Assembly (NCBI RefSeq): GCF_036321535.1
Contig: NC_087436.1
Span: 29,328,001 to 29,392,000 of the forward strand
Length of the DNA stretch: 64,000 bases
Origin: Camelus dromedarius
Lineage: Eukaryota
Direction of reading: 5' to 3'
The notes beneath the pieces were generated by a model, which was not told where the DNA came from, did not search any database, and saw only the letters and a program-made list of their open reading frames with translations. Position 1 is the stretch's first letter, and the number at the start of each line of letters is the position of its first letter. The position numbers and the translations under genes are program-made. This document shows, piece after piece, positions 1 to 13,729 of this stretch.

Positions 1-928
1 TTTTCTTTTTTTTTTCCTGCAATGATTTATTCTCTTAGTGGTCATCATATATTAATGTTAACAATAATTAAATTCTATATTAAAGCAGGTTGTATGCTCT
101 TTCCCTGAAGAATGAATGCAAGTTAGCAATAATTCTTATTGGATAATAAAACTCTTCCTTAGGAAATGGAATAAAGAAATTATTCCCTAAAGCCTATCCA
201 AAGGAAAAACCTCACAAGTTTTATTAAGTTGTTAAATAAAACAGTAGGCAGAATTGGGAAACTCAGTAAATGAAATAAAGAAATTTAGAAATGTAAAAAT
301 ATTAACTTTTTATTGAAGGTAAAATTGCATTATGATGTTCAGTGATGCCTGACTTAACCAGTACCTGTCCAAGCAAGTACTCATCAAATAGCTGGTGTTG
401 CCATGTAACTATAAGTCCTGAGTACAAATGAGGATGTCTGTAGATTGCTCAGAAGTCCTGCAAAGCAGAACTGTATTGACTTTGTTTGAAATGTTAAAGC
501 AAAAGATACGTGCTCATAAAGTCGCATAATATAATTCATCAAGATCAAATATTAAAGAATTTATAACAAGAGTATCTTTTTCAACAGACTAACAATATCT
601 AAACTAACAATTATATTCACCTGATTATCTACCATTTCCAAGAACTACCAAAGGATTTTTTTCTTTTTTTTAGTCTAGTGCATAAAAGAATGAAACCCTG
701 TTTTAGCAGTTTGATTCTCATGGCTTTAACACCTGTGTTCAAATGCCAGGGTTCAACTTTAGAATGATCTTGATTATCTATTAAAAAACCAATTTTATAA
801 TTTCTATTGAATTTCATATATTGTTTAGATTTCTTAACTAAATTTGGGGGGCAGTTTATATTTTTCTCTACAGTTTTAATGCTCTTTAAGAGTAGGAAAC
901 AGCAAATCGTGATTATGTACTTTTATAG

Positions 929-1004
929 ACTTTTTTCAAAGTCCATTGAAGCTGCCCTTGATGATTTCCTGACCAAACATAATGGTGAAGGACTGTGCTT
1001 ATAG
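929..1004 (+). CDS. Candidate 3'-terminal coding exon of an unidentified + strand gene (...LFSKSIEAALDDFLTKHNGEGLCL*)
   Basis: Acceptor tacttttatag| (AG 927-928; alternative ttttttcaaag| at 940-941), then a protein-like open frame ending in TAG at 1002-1004. Not repeat-like. Protein not recognised. Confidence 0.35.
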
Positions 1005-1799
1005 AGATTAATTAGTGACAACTTATGTCCAAATGAAGGATGATGCCATCATTTTAGGGCTCTGTATCATCAGAAATGTTCTTGTCATAGGGGGTTTTAT
1101 AACATAAACAATAGAATCTCAGTTTTGGTAATCAGAACACATCATTTTACACCATGCCATATGAATACTCACTATTCAGAAACTGCCTTTTGAAAGCTCA
1201 AAACAGTTCAAATTTTATCCATATTGCACTCTTACTGGATTGGAATGATTATTACACTTACCCATAGAAAATTACCCACAGAATTAAAGTGAGAGATGGA
1301 GTCTAAGTAAATTGTGCAGAATCACAGCTGTGGCAGAGAATATAGATCTTATTCTTTCAAACTGCTTCTTGTTATGAATCATTAACATTTTAAATGTGCT
1401 TTCTGCAGTGGCATTTGCATGCCATTTTCATGATTTTTGCCATATTCATGTATCATCTATATAGTTATTTATTCAATATTGTTATTTAGGTTGACCCACA
1501 TTTTACTCCAAGAAAATCTAAGTATAAATGTTTTACATCATCATCATGAAGGAAAAAAACAGCATGCTTTGATATGTAATGAGGATAATTATATAAGCAT
1601 AATGAAAACTGTTATTACATTTAAAATTATAAATTTATATTTTAAAAAATTATAAAAGATAATGTCTTTTGAAAAAAATCACTCAGTCAATATTTACAAT
1701 ATAAAAATTATAGCATTTATGGTTATTTATCAGTTTTATGCTACTAAGTTAGAAATAATATGAGCGTTTTTGTTTTATTCAAGTACTACCTAAACTGTT

Positions 1800-2152
1800 T
1801 TATTAGAAAATAAGACACCAGAATATAATGCTTAAAAACAAAGATGCTTAGCTCATAGAAGAGTCTAAAAGTGCAGGTAAAAGGCTGATAGTACAGGTGG
1901 CTTCTATCTTTGGCTCCATGATGCCTGCTACAGTGGTCCCTCAAGCAGTGAGACATAACAGAAATGGCGGACATCCATATGCCTTTAAATTCATGACCTT
2001 GGAGGGGCAGACATCATTTCAGAATCTCACATCCTATTGGGTAGAACTTAAATAGTAATGGAACCTGGGATGTGTAATTATACCTTGATGACCATCTGCC
2101 CAGCTAACGCTCAGAAGGGAGAACTATGGATAATCAACATGCAGTGCTGTCA
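1800..2152 (-). mobile_element. Old MaLR LTR (MLT1J/K/L-like)
   Basis: MLT1-type blocks such as 'ctcacatcctattgggtagaactta' and 'catctgcccagctaa...gaagggagaactatggata'. Confidence 0.5.
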
Positions 2153-3014
2153 CTGGTTTAAATAAGGCTGTTGAATCCTGTAATTTCTTTCCTATTGACA
2201 TAAACAAACCAAACTCACATGCATGTGACCAGAATGGATAAAATATAGTAAGTGCCTTCTCTAAAAATATTGCATAGTGAGAATTATTTCCTAAACATAG
2301 AATTATGATGAAAATTCATTCCAGTAGGTATTTTTCAAGAATTCATCTGAATCAATATCTAAAATTTTGTATTTTGAGTGTGTTCAAATATTTAGTTATA
2401 TCTTCAACATGGTAGAAATGGAGTTCTTTCACTAACTGTTGTCATCATATTTGAAAAACGTTTTAGAACACCTTTTAGTCACTCTGAAATGTTTCTTCAT
2501 AATATTAAAAAATTCTTCAAATGAAAATAACCTGGTCATTTAGACAGTAAAAGAGACTGGCTTAACATAATCAAGATTTATAAGCTGTGGTTCCATATTT
2601 CGATCATATTCATTCTTCATTGGAGAGGCAATATGGAGAGATTGCTTTGCTTGGACACATAGGAATTTTCAAATGAGCAACTATATTTACAAAATATGCA
2701 GGTTTCAAAGTCAGTTCTACTTATGCATATATTCTTCAATAATAAATATTTTTCCCATGAATAATTGAAGTTCTTTTCTCATTAGAAACTATGAGTAAAG
2801 AGTTTGGAAAGCTACAGATGGTAGCCTCAATTTGAAAAATAGATTTTTGTAGTCATGGCCTACTCTTTACAAACAGAAAAGATTCAAGAATGCTGTGTCT
2901 TGCACCAAGTTTAAAAGCTGGAAGATTTATCTGCCTAATCAAAGAAAATGATATGGAAGTAACAGAAAAACATATACATATACACTACCTATAGGAAATC
3001 AGATGTACTGAATG

Positions 3015-3330
3015 TTCATATTTATTTACATATCACCTATTATACATTTCTGGGTTATAGAACAGGGACACAGTAAAAATGTTAAAAAATCATTCCTGGA
3101 CTGAGAGATGGTAGTCTTTGTGGGTGAGTGACACTAATCAAATAAGCACACTAACTTATGTAAAACTGCATTCATAACAAATGCAAAGGAAAAAAGGCTT
3201 AATGGTGCTTAAAGAGACTGCGTTTCTTTGAGGAACAGTTGACATAAGCATCTGTCACTGAGTAATGAATAGAGTTAGGCATGAATAAAATAAATATCTA
3301 GGTGAAGAGGGAAGATAAGAAGACTCTGGG
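3015..3330 (-). mobile_element. LINE-2 3' end fragment
   Basis: Degenerate reverse-strand L2 tail (catatttatttacatatcacctatta...agtctttgtgggtgagtgacactaatcaaataa). Confidence 0.55.
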
Positions 3331-4907
3331 CATAATACAATTATACATATATGATATATACATAATATATAATATGCATAAATTTACATAAATATTATGT
3401 CTGCGGTTGCCTGTATTTGGCTTTCAAGTTCATACTCTAGAGGTTGGTAAAATTTCAATTCAATGATTAGACAGAAGTTCTGATTGGAAAAATCTGAATC
3501 AGTCGCTTTAGCTGGATAGATGAGATCTCACCAATTGATTTTCGCTAATCAGGCTCCGTAGCTGGACACAGGTGTAGGATTAATACCACAGAAAATTCAT
3601 CAGTGCTATCTACTAATTACTGGGTGGTTTTGCTAAAGATGATCTGGATATGTTAGGCACAGAAAAAGAGGAGGAATAGAAGCTGCCCGGGAAACTATTC
3701 ATTCATCACTGTAATTCTCTCAAGTCTTGAAAGAAGTTGGCCCTCTGTCTTCGTGCTCCCTTCCCACTTTGAACAACCTGTAGCAGTTGCACGTTGTTAA
3801 AATTGCTTGCTCATCGATTCATCCCTTATGTTAGAATGTAGATTTCTCGAGTGTAGGAAACTATATTTATTATTGTCTTATGATTTACCTCATCATTTAT
3901 TTTTTTAATTTGTAAATAAGAACAGATTTTTTTGTGCATATGATATGAAGACAGCAAATGTTAATCAAAGACTATTATTAAAGGAATGGAACATTTTACT
4001 AAACTGGGTAAGACTTTGACTGGCAAAATCAAATGTCAATAATTTACTTAGAAAACAAAGATGTTTATAGAGACTGGGCAGCATGTATACAGTATTTTTT
4101 CTACTGCAGTATTGACCATTAAAATCTGAATTTAAGATTTTCTCAATGTATTATACTTTACTTAGACCCTATCAGCCAGCTGGAAATCGTGAAAATTGCC
4201 CAAGAAACTGAAGTGTATTAATTCAAAATTTTCATCAATATGGTAATATATTAGCTCTTTTGGAAAACACTAAGAAATTGTTACTGAAACATATCTCATT
4301 GCCATAACTTGTTCAAGGAATATTTGTTAGCTTCTGTTTCTGCTTTGGATCATGGATAATGAAGGTAAGTTTTAAAAGCTACGAGGTAGTGTAAAGTGAA
4401 CCTGTGCAAAGATACATTATTCTCTGATTTTAGTGGAATTTCTTTTGGAAAAAAGAGAAAGAGAGACAAATATGGTTTATAGCTCACTAGAAATTATGTG
4501 ATACCCTGTGATATTAACAATCACAAATATAGTGAGGAGTGTTAATATCATTTTCTGACTGGAAATACAGTCAGAAAAAAAGGTATCATACTAATACTTG
4601 TATGATTATATACAACAGAAGGTAACACTTTCTAAGTTAGAGAATGGTTTCTTTTCTATTTTTATATTTTAAACTAGAACCATTTACACCTTAGAAAATC
4701 ATACTTTCCTCAAAGAGAAACCAAATAACTGTTTACATTTATAGAGCTGTTTTCTCTGTCCTTTAACCTATTAAAATTTTAAAAATCTATAGATATTAAT
4801 GTATCCTTTAAATAGAATGTCATATTGAAACACAGAAATTATCTGTAGAAAACTGATACCTCAAAATTAATCTTCCAGTTCTATTTGTGCCATATAATAT
4901 GCCTTAG

Positions 4908-5220
4908 TTTTTGTTTTGCTTTGTTTTGTTTTTCGTGTGTGTGTAGTATGTGTGTGTGTGTGTGTGTGTGTGTAGTGTGTGTGTGTGTTTTGTTATCCTT
5001 GTACTAACTCAAGAACCATGAACTCATCAATAGATACAGATATATACATACATAGATTTGGGTATTTGATTAGATAGATATGGATAGGTATACACAGATA
5101 AAGAGAGAGATACAGATATAGATGGAATGGTAGGTGTAGATATAGCCACATACATAGACACACATATATATACATAAATATATATACATCTCTATATAAA
5201 TACATGTGTGTATCACACAT
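4908..5220. repeat. (TTTTG)n and (TG)n microsatellites, then a degenerate (TA/GA/CA)n tract
   Basis: Directly visible; explains the 4993..5241 spurious ORF. Confidence 0.9.
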
Positions 5221-6839
5221 AAATCCTTTTCTCAGTGTCACTGCAATTACTGATTAACTTACCTGCTTTACTTTGTTCGAATAGCATGCTGTTTAGTGAT
5301 AATAAAACCTAACAAAACACTTCACTGTTTATAAGACAATTCAAAAATTTATTCTACCCCAGTCGTTACAGCATCAAGTAAAATGATTTATTTCATTTTT
5401 GTATTTTAGTAAGATATAATCTTTTAACTTTTCTGAGACTAGAGAGTTACAATCATAACAGGATCATTTTCCTACAAGAGCTATGCCAAAAATGCATAAA
5501 AATTGAAACGTAGGATCGTGCATGCATTTTGAAAGGTGAAGTGAGAAATCTGGTCATTTAATCAAGAGCTTACCCCACAGCTGATTTTATCACCAGCTTT
5601 CTGTTTGCTCTAAAACTCCTTGGGTGAAAGAGCAAGAGAAAATAAGGGATATCTGCTATCACCATAGCAACTTAGTAGGCACTCAACTCCTGTTGGCATG
5701 TGACTCAGAATAGATCTGCAGCTTGAATATAGACGTTGGAATGGTGAAGGAATAAGCAAGAGAAAAGTAAAGAATATTTTTAAAGGTGAGTTTTCAGGAT
5801 GCCAAATAAATATAAAGAAGTAAAAGTAAACTATTCTAATGTTTTTTGTAGTCTGCCAGCCAAAGGGCAAGGTTAGGGGCCAGAGGTAAGCGCTTCAGCC
5901 ATACGCAGTGAAGGTGGAGCTGGATCACACACTTCCTAGTGGGGTTGCACCCCTGCAAACTTTGTTGAAGTCCTAAAATTTACATTCTGTGATTTATCTT
6001 GAGGTAAAACCAGTCCAGTCTCCCAATTTTCTCCTGAGAAAAATCAGTTCTGAAAAGGAAAATCAGATTTGGCAATGCCAAGTAGGCACAAGGAAAGTGA
6101 ATTTAATTAGCAAAAGAAACGAGGAGACAAGGTAGGTTCTTCACAGATGTGAGAAGTCACAAAGCTCACTTTGGTGGCTTTATACACCTACCTTCACATT
6201 TCCTGTATTTCTCTCAAAGACAGAGGTTACTTGTACTGTTCCATGGTTTTGCTTCCAGCACTGTCACACTCAAAGGCATTTCCAACCCTTTTCAGACCCA
6301 TTACGTTGTCCTGATTTTTTTTTTTCTTTTCTCTCACCATGGCCTTGTTAGGTTAGTATGACTAAAAATATCACAGTAGTTTGGATATTTTCATTCTACC
6401 AGAGTACTCCTGAAAAAGTGGAAGTATAATTTATCTTGTTACAGGTGAAAAATATTTATGGAAGGACAGTTTTGTACATATTTTCCATTGTTTCTCAAGC
6501 ACATTGTGAAATGCTAGGAGCCCCTCTAACCCTGAGTCGTCCCCCTGCTAAAGTTGCTGGTCACATTGGTTGAAGTATCAACTTGATAGTCTTAACAGGT
6601 ATCTTTTACGTGTACTTGTGCCTAACATTTTTCTTATCACCACAGTATCAGACTAAGCTAATTCACTCCATTGTTGAATATGTTCTCCATATCCTTGTAG
6701 GGTTATAACTGAAGTGAGAGTAGTGACAAAATTTAAAGACTTGTAAAATACATGCCTGTCAAAATTAAGAAAGGGACATTGAAAGAGTGCTTTCTTCTCT
6801 AGACTTCATAATTATTTTTTTCAGTTGGTATCACAGTAA

Positions 6840-9070
6840 TGGAAAGGCATTAGAGAGTTTTAATTAGAGGAATAATATGGCATAATTGTATGCTTAAAAC
6901 TCTCTCTCAGGCTGGTTTATAGATATGGACAAAGATCAGACTGTAAGAGAAAGTGGTGGTGGATATATAATTTAGGAGCTGGAGAATATAGCCCAGGCAA
7001 ATGGTTAGAGTAGCTTGAAATAAGGTTGTCGCCATGGCAGTACTGAGAGGGTCTCTATTTGGGGATATATTTCAGGTTAACTTGATGTTATTTATTTGGG
7101 AGGATGACAAGGATGATTTCTAAGCCTGGGTAGCTGGATGGATGAATCTAACAATTAGTAATGTGAATTGGGTAGAAGCAAATTTAGTAGTGGGACATAA
7201 AAATCCATGGTTCTGTTTATATCATGTTAAGTTTGAGATGCCTTTTCGACACACAAAAGGACGTTTCACATGGGCTTATGAGTCAGGTACTGTCAATATC
7301 TGCATTAAAAAGAGAGATTCTGGAGTTTTATATATATATATAAGTAAAATAAATAAAATATATATATATATTTTATGCAGGTAATTAATTCATGGGGAAA
7401 ATGAGGTATCCTAGGGAGAAAGTATGAAATAAAAAAATAACAAAGACAGATTATTGAAGGCTGAGTTAGATGCAAATTGAAAATAAGTCATGGGCATTGT
7501 TTAATTTTATATGAGAATTTTCAGTGGAATTATGAGAAGGAGCACCTGCTTGGAAACCGGAGAAAAAAAAATCAGGTAAAATTTGAGACAATAAGGGCAG
7601 ATGACTCTTTTTTAAGAAAAATACAATGTTAAAGGGAGTAGATAGATAAAGGAGTTAAAATGAAATTAATGGACAATTTACTTACACTAAAATGTATTCA
7701 GTGCAGTGTAGTCAATAATAATGTATGTTTATATATAAAAATTATTGATAAAAAAGATGAAAAGCCATAGAGAAATAAGATAATTATGAAGCAAAAATAC
7801 TTATATGTTTAAGAACAGCAAAGAGGAAATAAAAAAGAATTTAGCTAGAGGTTATCTTCAACTAAGGTGGCTGTAGTTGAGATGGAGGCACTTGGACTGA
7901 CTGAAGGTCAATTTTAGAGTATGACACAATAAAATTTGTGTAAATATGCATTATGAGATGTGATGGAAAGACAGAAATTCAGGATGAACTAGAATGACTT
8001 CACAAAGAAGAGGGTTTACTTTTTGCCCAGAATATGGCTTTGTCTCTGTTATGCTTGCCATTCTTACAGTATTTTAAGGTTGCATCCGATGGCCAGAGGA
8101 CTTGACACTAAAGATCTCAGCTGGAAGCACTGAAGAGAGTGGTTTTCAAGGTCTTTCTAGAAGCTCCTGGAGCAATCAAAAATCTCTGAGACTGCAGCAG
8201 TCTTGGCAGAGACCTTGGCAACTGACAGTTCATGTGATCCTGCGAGCCCACACGAGGGGCTCTAGCCATCTTCAAAGGACCAGTGGCCTCTGCTTTACTT
8301 CCACATTTTAAAACTTGCAAGAGTTTCTCTCATTGGCTAACTCTAACACAAAACTGTATAGATAAAAAAGATTCTGGGAAATAGCATTTGAAGTCAAAGG
8401 AAAGAATGGTAGTATAGTTGAGTTGGCTGTAGAAAATCTAGCACATAATTTAAACTTCTGACTTTTGAGGTAGTATTTAAGCCATGAACATGAGAGATTT
8501 CTAGGAAGAGAGAGAGCAAGGAGTCGTGTAGAGAGGAGTGCTAAAGAGTGAGCCTGAAGATAGAATAGACTAGAAGTAGCCAGCAAATTAGAGTAAAACA
8601 ATTAGCTAGTGGGTTGGGAAGCAATCTAGGATCTTACTGATTCCACAACATACAGGAGAAAATATTTGTTTATAGATGGAGGAGTAGACAGTCATTTCTA
8701 CCACTACTGGAAGTTATTAAGACAAGAATAGAGAAATGTTGATTGTTTGAGCAATAGGGAGATAGTGACCTAAAAAATGTATATCAGTAATGGAATCGGG
8801 ATGGAAGCCAGATATAACTGGAATTTGAAAATTGATCATGAATAAGTGAAGTCACAAGATATGAAGAGCTTGATTTTTTTCACAGAGAAAACTGGGAAAG
8901 TATCTATTGTTGCATACAGGGTCAGAGAGGTTATTATTATTATTTATTAGGTGATAGATAACTAAAATATATTTGTATGTTATTAAGAATACTATCTTTG
9001 AAAGAAAGAAAATTGATGCCAAAGAAATGGGATAGAATTTCATAAATGGATTCCTTGAGAAATCAAGAAT
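6840..9070 (-). mobile_element. Fragmented LINE-2 copies with interruptions
   Basis: Purine-rich L2 signatures, e.g. 'ttctgtttatatcatgttaagtttgagatgcct', 'tttgaggtagtattt...gagatttctaggaagagag', 'ggatggaagccaga'. Confidence 0.55.
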
Positions 9071-9292
9071 TGAAGGGCTTAGCTACAAATGTTATAAACT
9101 TAGGGTCAATGAACAATTGCTATGTGAATGACGTGACCTAGAGAAATCTACTCAAGTTCATATATTCAGAAAGTCTTACCTCTCCTTCCTGTATGTGGAT
9201 ATGGGAGCCGCCTGCAAAGATAGTTCAGAATAATGGAAAGATTTCTGCTCACTCTAATATATTCAGTCCCTTTTTAACTCTGTTACTTACAG

Positions 9293-12022
9293 CAGGGTTT
9301 CTCAGTGAGGATATCGCACAAATCCCATGAGTTTTAGCTTTAGATTTTGTGAGAGATCATGACTGAAAAATAAAGATTTTTGAGTTTTTCATATTGCAAA
9401 ATGCTAGACCTTGCCCTGATGGACCTTGACTAAGAAGGCTTTTACCAATTTTGTTGAAAGCCTTTCAGTTTCCTTTGGTAGTGCACAGTAAGTAGGGACC
9501 ATGTTCACTTGTTGAGTTAGTTCTCAGGGTTGGACCTGAGACAGAGGCAGCAGCTGAGTTTTGATAAACTCTGTCTTGAACAGGGGAGAACAGATCACCT
9601 GATGGTATCCACTCCCTCCTGATTTACCTTTCCTGATCTCTTATTTGCCACCAACTGACTCACAAGAGCAAACTCTACTGTGGTCATAGAAAATCAAAGG
9701 ATGGTTTCATTATAAAATACGATTTTTTAAAATGTTCCTCAGTTCTCCCATAGTGCTTTGCTGTTATAAATGTTGCAAAGCATGGATCAGATAGGTTAGA
9801 CACATATTATAGGCTAAAACTCTCATATCTTTGTGGTTTTCTCATTTAGTTTAATATAATGCTAATGCCCTTCTGTTTTATTGTTGATTATCGTTTGTGT
9901 TTTACAAAGACATCTGATGGTCCAATGTTGCAATTTTTGAACATGAGGTAGATTTTAGAAGAAGATTCTAAGCCTAGGCTTATGGATAAATTTGATGAAA
10001 TTAGTGAAGAAGGATCACAGTCATTTGAGTTATTTCTCTCGAGCAAAAAGGGACACGTACAGAAATAGATCTTTACAATGAAAGGTAATGAGCAGTGAAT
10101 TTTATGTATACTGGTATTCCAGGTTATCCTTTTCTATTTTGCAAAGTTGAAAACATAATTATCTAAATTCACTGTCATTTGACAAGCAAATGTACTGATT
10201 ATGTAAAATAAAATATTGTTTTATTTTTGTAACCTCAAAAAATTGTAACTATATTGTTTTAAAAAATATCATATTCAGTGAAACAGCTCAGGAAACACAT
10301 TTATCGGCAGAAATTATTCCATAGAAAAAGATAAATCACACAGTTGGCGAGAATCTAACAATAAAGGAATTAAAATTATAGTGAGCAAAAGTCTAGGATC
10401 AGATGAAAAGTTTCTGCTCTTCAACAGAATGATAAATCTTTGCGTCAATAACATGTCTCATTATGCTGAAGAGGTTTTGAGTAATAAAGTAAACAATAGC
10501 TCCCATATTTAGGTTGATGAGTCAAGAGATTTCATCAATAAATATTACAGTGTAGCATTTGTATGATTTATAAATATTGCAAAACAGATAGAGCAGCAAG
10601 TTGTCCAAAACTAACAGTCTGAGATTTATTTAAAGTTTTTCTTTATGTCAGGAAAGAACAAGTTTACTAATGGATCAGCATCTATAATGATGTTGCATCA
10701 TCGATGGTTGACTCAATGAGAGGTTTTGCTACAAAAGAAAGAGAGAGAGGAAGGAAGGAAGGAAGGAAGGAGGGAAGAAAGGGGGAAAAGCACAGAGGTC
10801 TGCTACATACAGGTATCTGGCAGCATAGCAGAAGTGCTTTCAAGCAGCATTTTGAGCTGGAAGGTGAATTCCAGGAGTACTGTCAAGTAATGGTAGGCCA
10901 GGTTCAGCTGAATTTTTTGAAGATGAAAAAGTGATGGCAGAAACTAGCCTGCTTAGCAGACTTTTTATAATCACAGGAACTACTTGACTTGCAAGCCCCT
11001 GGAGAATATGTTTTTGACATCAAGTGTCAGAATGCTGAGAATTAAAAGAAAAATAACTCTTTGGAAAACCATGTGGGCTAAAGAAAATTTTTAAATATTT
11101 TCACTGCTGCTTTGGCTTAAAAGTAAGGAGTGATATCGGCAAGACTCAAGTTTTACTGAACTCACTGTACGTTTCCCTCTTACAATAGAAGGGTATGGCT
11201 GGGTGATGGACCCTTTCTATGAAATTTCTGCTCAGGCTGAGAATTTAACGGAAAGAAGAACTTTGTTAGCTGCAGACTGATTATTCAAAGAAGATGTAGA
11301 GTTATGCAATTAAAGGACACAGTTAAATCTGAATATCAGATTAAAATGAATAATTAATACATCTATTTGTGCAAACAAAATCTCTGTGTCCTTCTCTCAA
11401 GCTTGATCCAGAATTAAATACAGAAACAAAAATCAAGAACATTTTTTACAATAAAGAGAATTTTTGTTTATTTTTTCCTTCTAATTCATTACTTTTAGAC
11501 ATAATGGTCTTACAAGAGAAATTAAGAAGCCAAAATATATACATACATACTTAATTTTTCTGAACCTGATCATATATTCAGCAATAAAATTCAAAATTTT
11601 ATATAAAATGGTGTCATAGACTAGATTTTTATTTGTACTGATTTAACGTACAATTATAGTAACTTTACTATTCAACATGTTAGTAAATTTTTATTTTGCA
11701 AATAGCATGAAGTAAAAGCAATTTACCATATTAATTTAAAATCTATACAGCCAATCTTTATCTAAATAAAATCTTAGCGCTTAGGCTAATTATTTAAGAT
11801 GGAATTATTATATTTGTTTTATAAGTTGTTAGCATTTATAAAAAAAATTTAATTCCAAGAAGTGTAAGCAAACTTAAATACTTTTTTAAAAGGAAAGTTG
11901 ATGAAAATCATTTTAAGTTTTAAATTTTAAAAACTCCTCTTTATCTCATATCGTATACTATATTATGTATGTCATTAGTATTTGCATAAAAAGAACTTGT
12001 GACAAGACTTTTAGAACTACTA
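9293..12022 (+). mobile_element. hAT-Charlie (Buster-like) DNA transposon fossil with degraded transposase
   Basis: Left end CAGGGTTTCTCA follows an nnnTAnnn octamer (acttacag). Translated relics occur in order: HTVGENL (~10337), *VDESRDF..AFV*F (10510-10570; cf. QxDESTD), ISIYNDVASSMVDSMRGF (~10675-10728; cf. CTDGAPSM), WQKLACLADF (~10935) and YGWVMDPF (~11193). Right end is degenerate and uncertain. Confidence 0.85.
10733..10790. repeat. (GA)n/(GGAA)n purine tract interrupting the Charlie transposase
   Basis: Directly visible. Confidence 0.85.
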
Positions 12023-12479
12023 AAAAAAGGGAAAACATGAAGTTTTCTCTACATATACTACCTATTTGTGTTAAGAGTTGATAGCCTTTCTGTAGAAAAG
12101 AAGAATTATAGAAAAATGTCTAATATATTGCCAAAATGAAAATAAAATTTTGTACTAAAAAAGATTGTTTATAATTATCATTATAATATTATATTTAAAA
12201 CTCTGATCATGCTGATAAACTGTAAGTTGTATATATAATAAATTTTATGCAGGGGAGCTTTGACACCTGAAATGATTTATAGGCTTGGTACAGCCAAACT
12301 GGAATCTTTGTTGTTAATACTACCTAGTTCATGGCATGGGATCATTATTGTTTTATTCAAACCCCTTTTTGAAATAATTTATACATCTCTTCCTCAGTCT
12401 CCAACTGAATTCTTCATCTCACCAAAGAAAATTAGTATATTCTGGAGCACAATCTTCATGAGACCTACACTATAAAAAC

Positions 12480-13720
12480 TTACAGTGTAACAATGAGAAA
12501 AATATTAACTAATAACCTCACAAATAAATGATTATACCTTGTGGTTGCAGCTATAGCGGAAGGAATCTTTCTCTGAGAATAGATTACAGAGGTTCTTTTG
12601 GACATGCAAGTGTCAGAGAAGGTTCTGAGAAGTCCAGAAAGTGGCTTTTCAGTACAGATCTGAAGAATGAATGGGAATGCACAAGGAAAAATTTGGATGA
12701 AAGGGTTTTTTAGGGTACAGAATGCCCTGTGGAATAAAAGCACTTTAATTATTAGAGAAATCTGAGATAAGGGTGGCATTCTTGGAGAATATTTGTCCTA
12801 TGTACAAATATTTTTTGACACTTTGTCATTTTGATTGTTTGAGAAAGAAATCTTTCTCATTATAATGACGCTTATGATTAAGGTGGACTAGAGGTTTAGA
12901 GATGGCAAGAGAAAGTATACACTTAGAGAAGAGGTTATAGCAATTGCATAATTGATAGAAAACAGTCAAATTATGAATGTATGATAGAAGACAGTCGAAT
13001 TATGAGTGTATAAGCAGTAGAAAAGGAGAGGAGTGGATGAATTTGAGACACATTTTACGAGCTAAATTTGATTTTTTTTTTTTTAATATTTAAAAGAAGT
13101 GAAAATGAAGCAGAGAGGAAAATACTTTGGGTGAAATGTAGGTCATTGGCTTAAATAACTGAAGTAATGTGTAGCCAAGTTGGTTACAAGAGAAGGATGT
13201 TGCGTTTGGGGTTTTTTTAAGGTTGATAAAGCTAAAATGTAGTCAGGAGTGAATCTCAAGAAGGCAGTAGGATATAATGCCTGGGTCTCTGAAAAAGATT
13301 TAGATTCGATTTTTAAATTTTAGAATTTCTGAAATAGAGACATTGTTTACAGCTATTTGAATGAGTGAGTTTTGCAAGTGAAAAGTATACATAGAGAGTG
13401 AGAAAAAGAGGAGGTCCAAGACACAACTTTGAAGAACATCTAAACTAGTTTGGTTAGCGAAGTAAATGGACAAAACTCAAGTAGCCAGCGAGGTAAGAAG
13501 AAACTAGAAGTGTGTGTAGTCATTAAATAAGGAGAAGAGAAAGCAAATGTGGCGTTCACAATGCTGTTGAAAGACTCAAAACAAAACTAAGAACTAAGCA
13601 TTGTGAAGATAAATTTGAAGATCATGTTGACTGTGTAAAGATCAATGGTAAACTTAGCAAGAAAAATACTGAAATACTTGAGTGGACAGAATCCTCACTG
13701 AAGTGAATGGAATAAAGTAG
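12480..13720 (-). mobile_element. LINE-2 fragment
   Basis: L2 motifs such as 'cagatctgaagaatgaatggga', 'ggagaggagtggatgaatttgagacacatttt' and 'gaggaggtccaagacacaactttgaagaaca'. Confidence 0.6.
12953..13010 (+). repeat. 29-bp tandem duplication (2 copies)
   Basis: tgatagaaaacagtcaaattatgaatgta / tgatagaagacagtcgaattatgagtgta; 3 mismatches, all A/G. Confidence 0.9.
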
Positions 13721-13729
13721 CATATACCA

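Noticed and set aside
6068..6082. TTGGC-aat-GCCAA as an NFI site
   Set aside because: The spacer is 3 nt, while the canonical full NFI site has 5.
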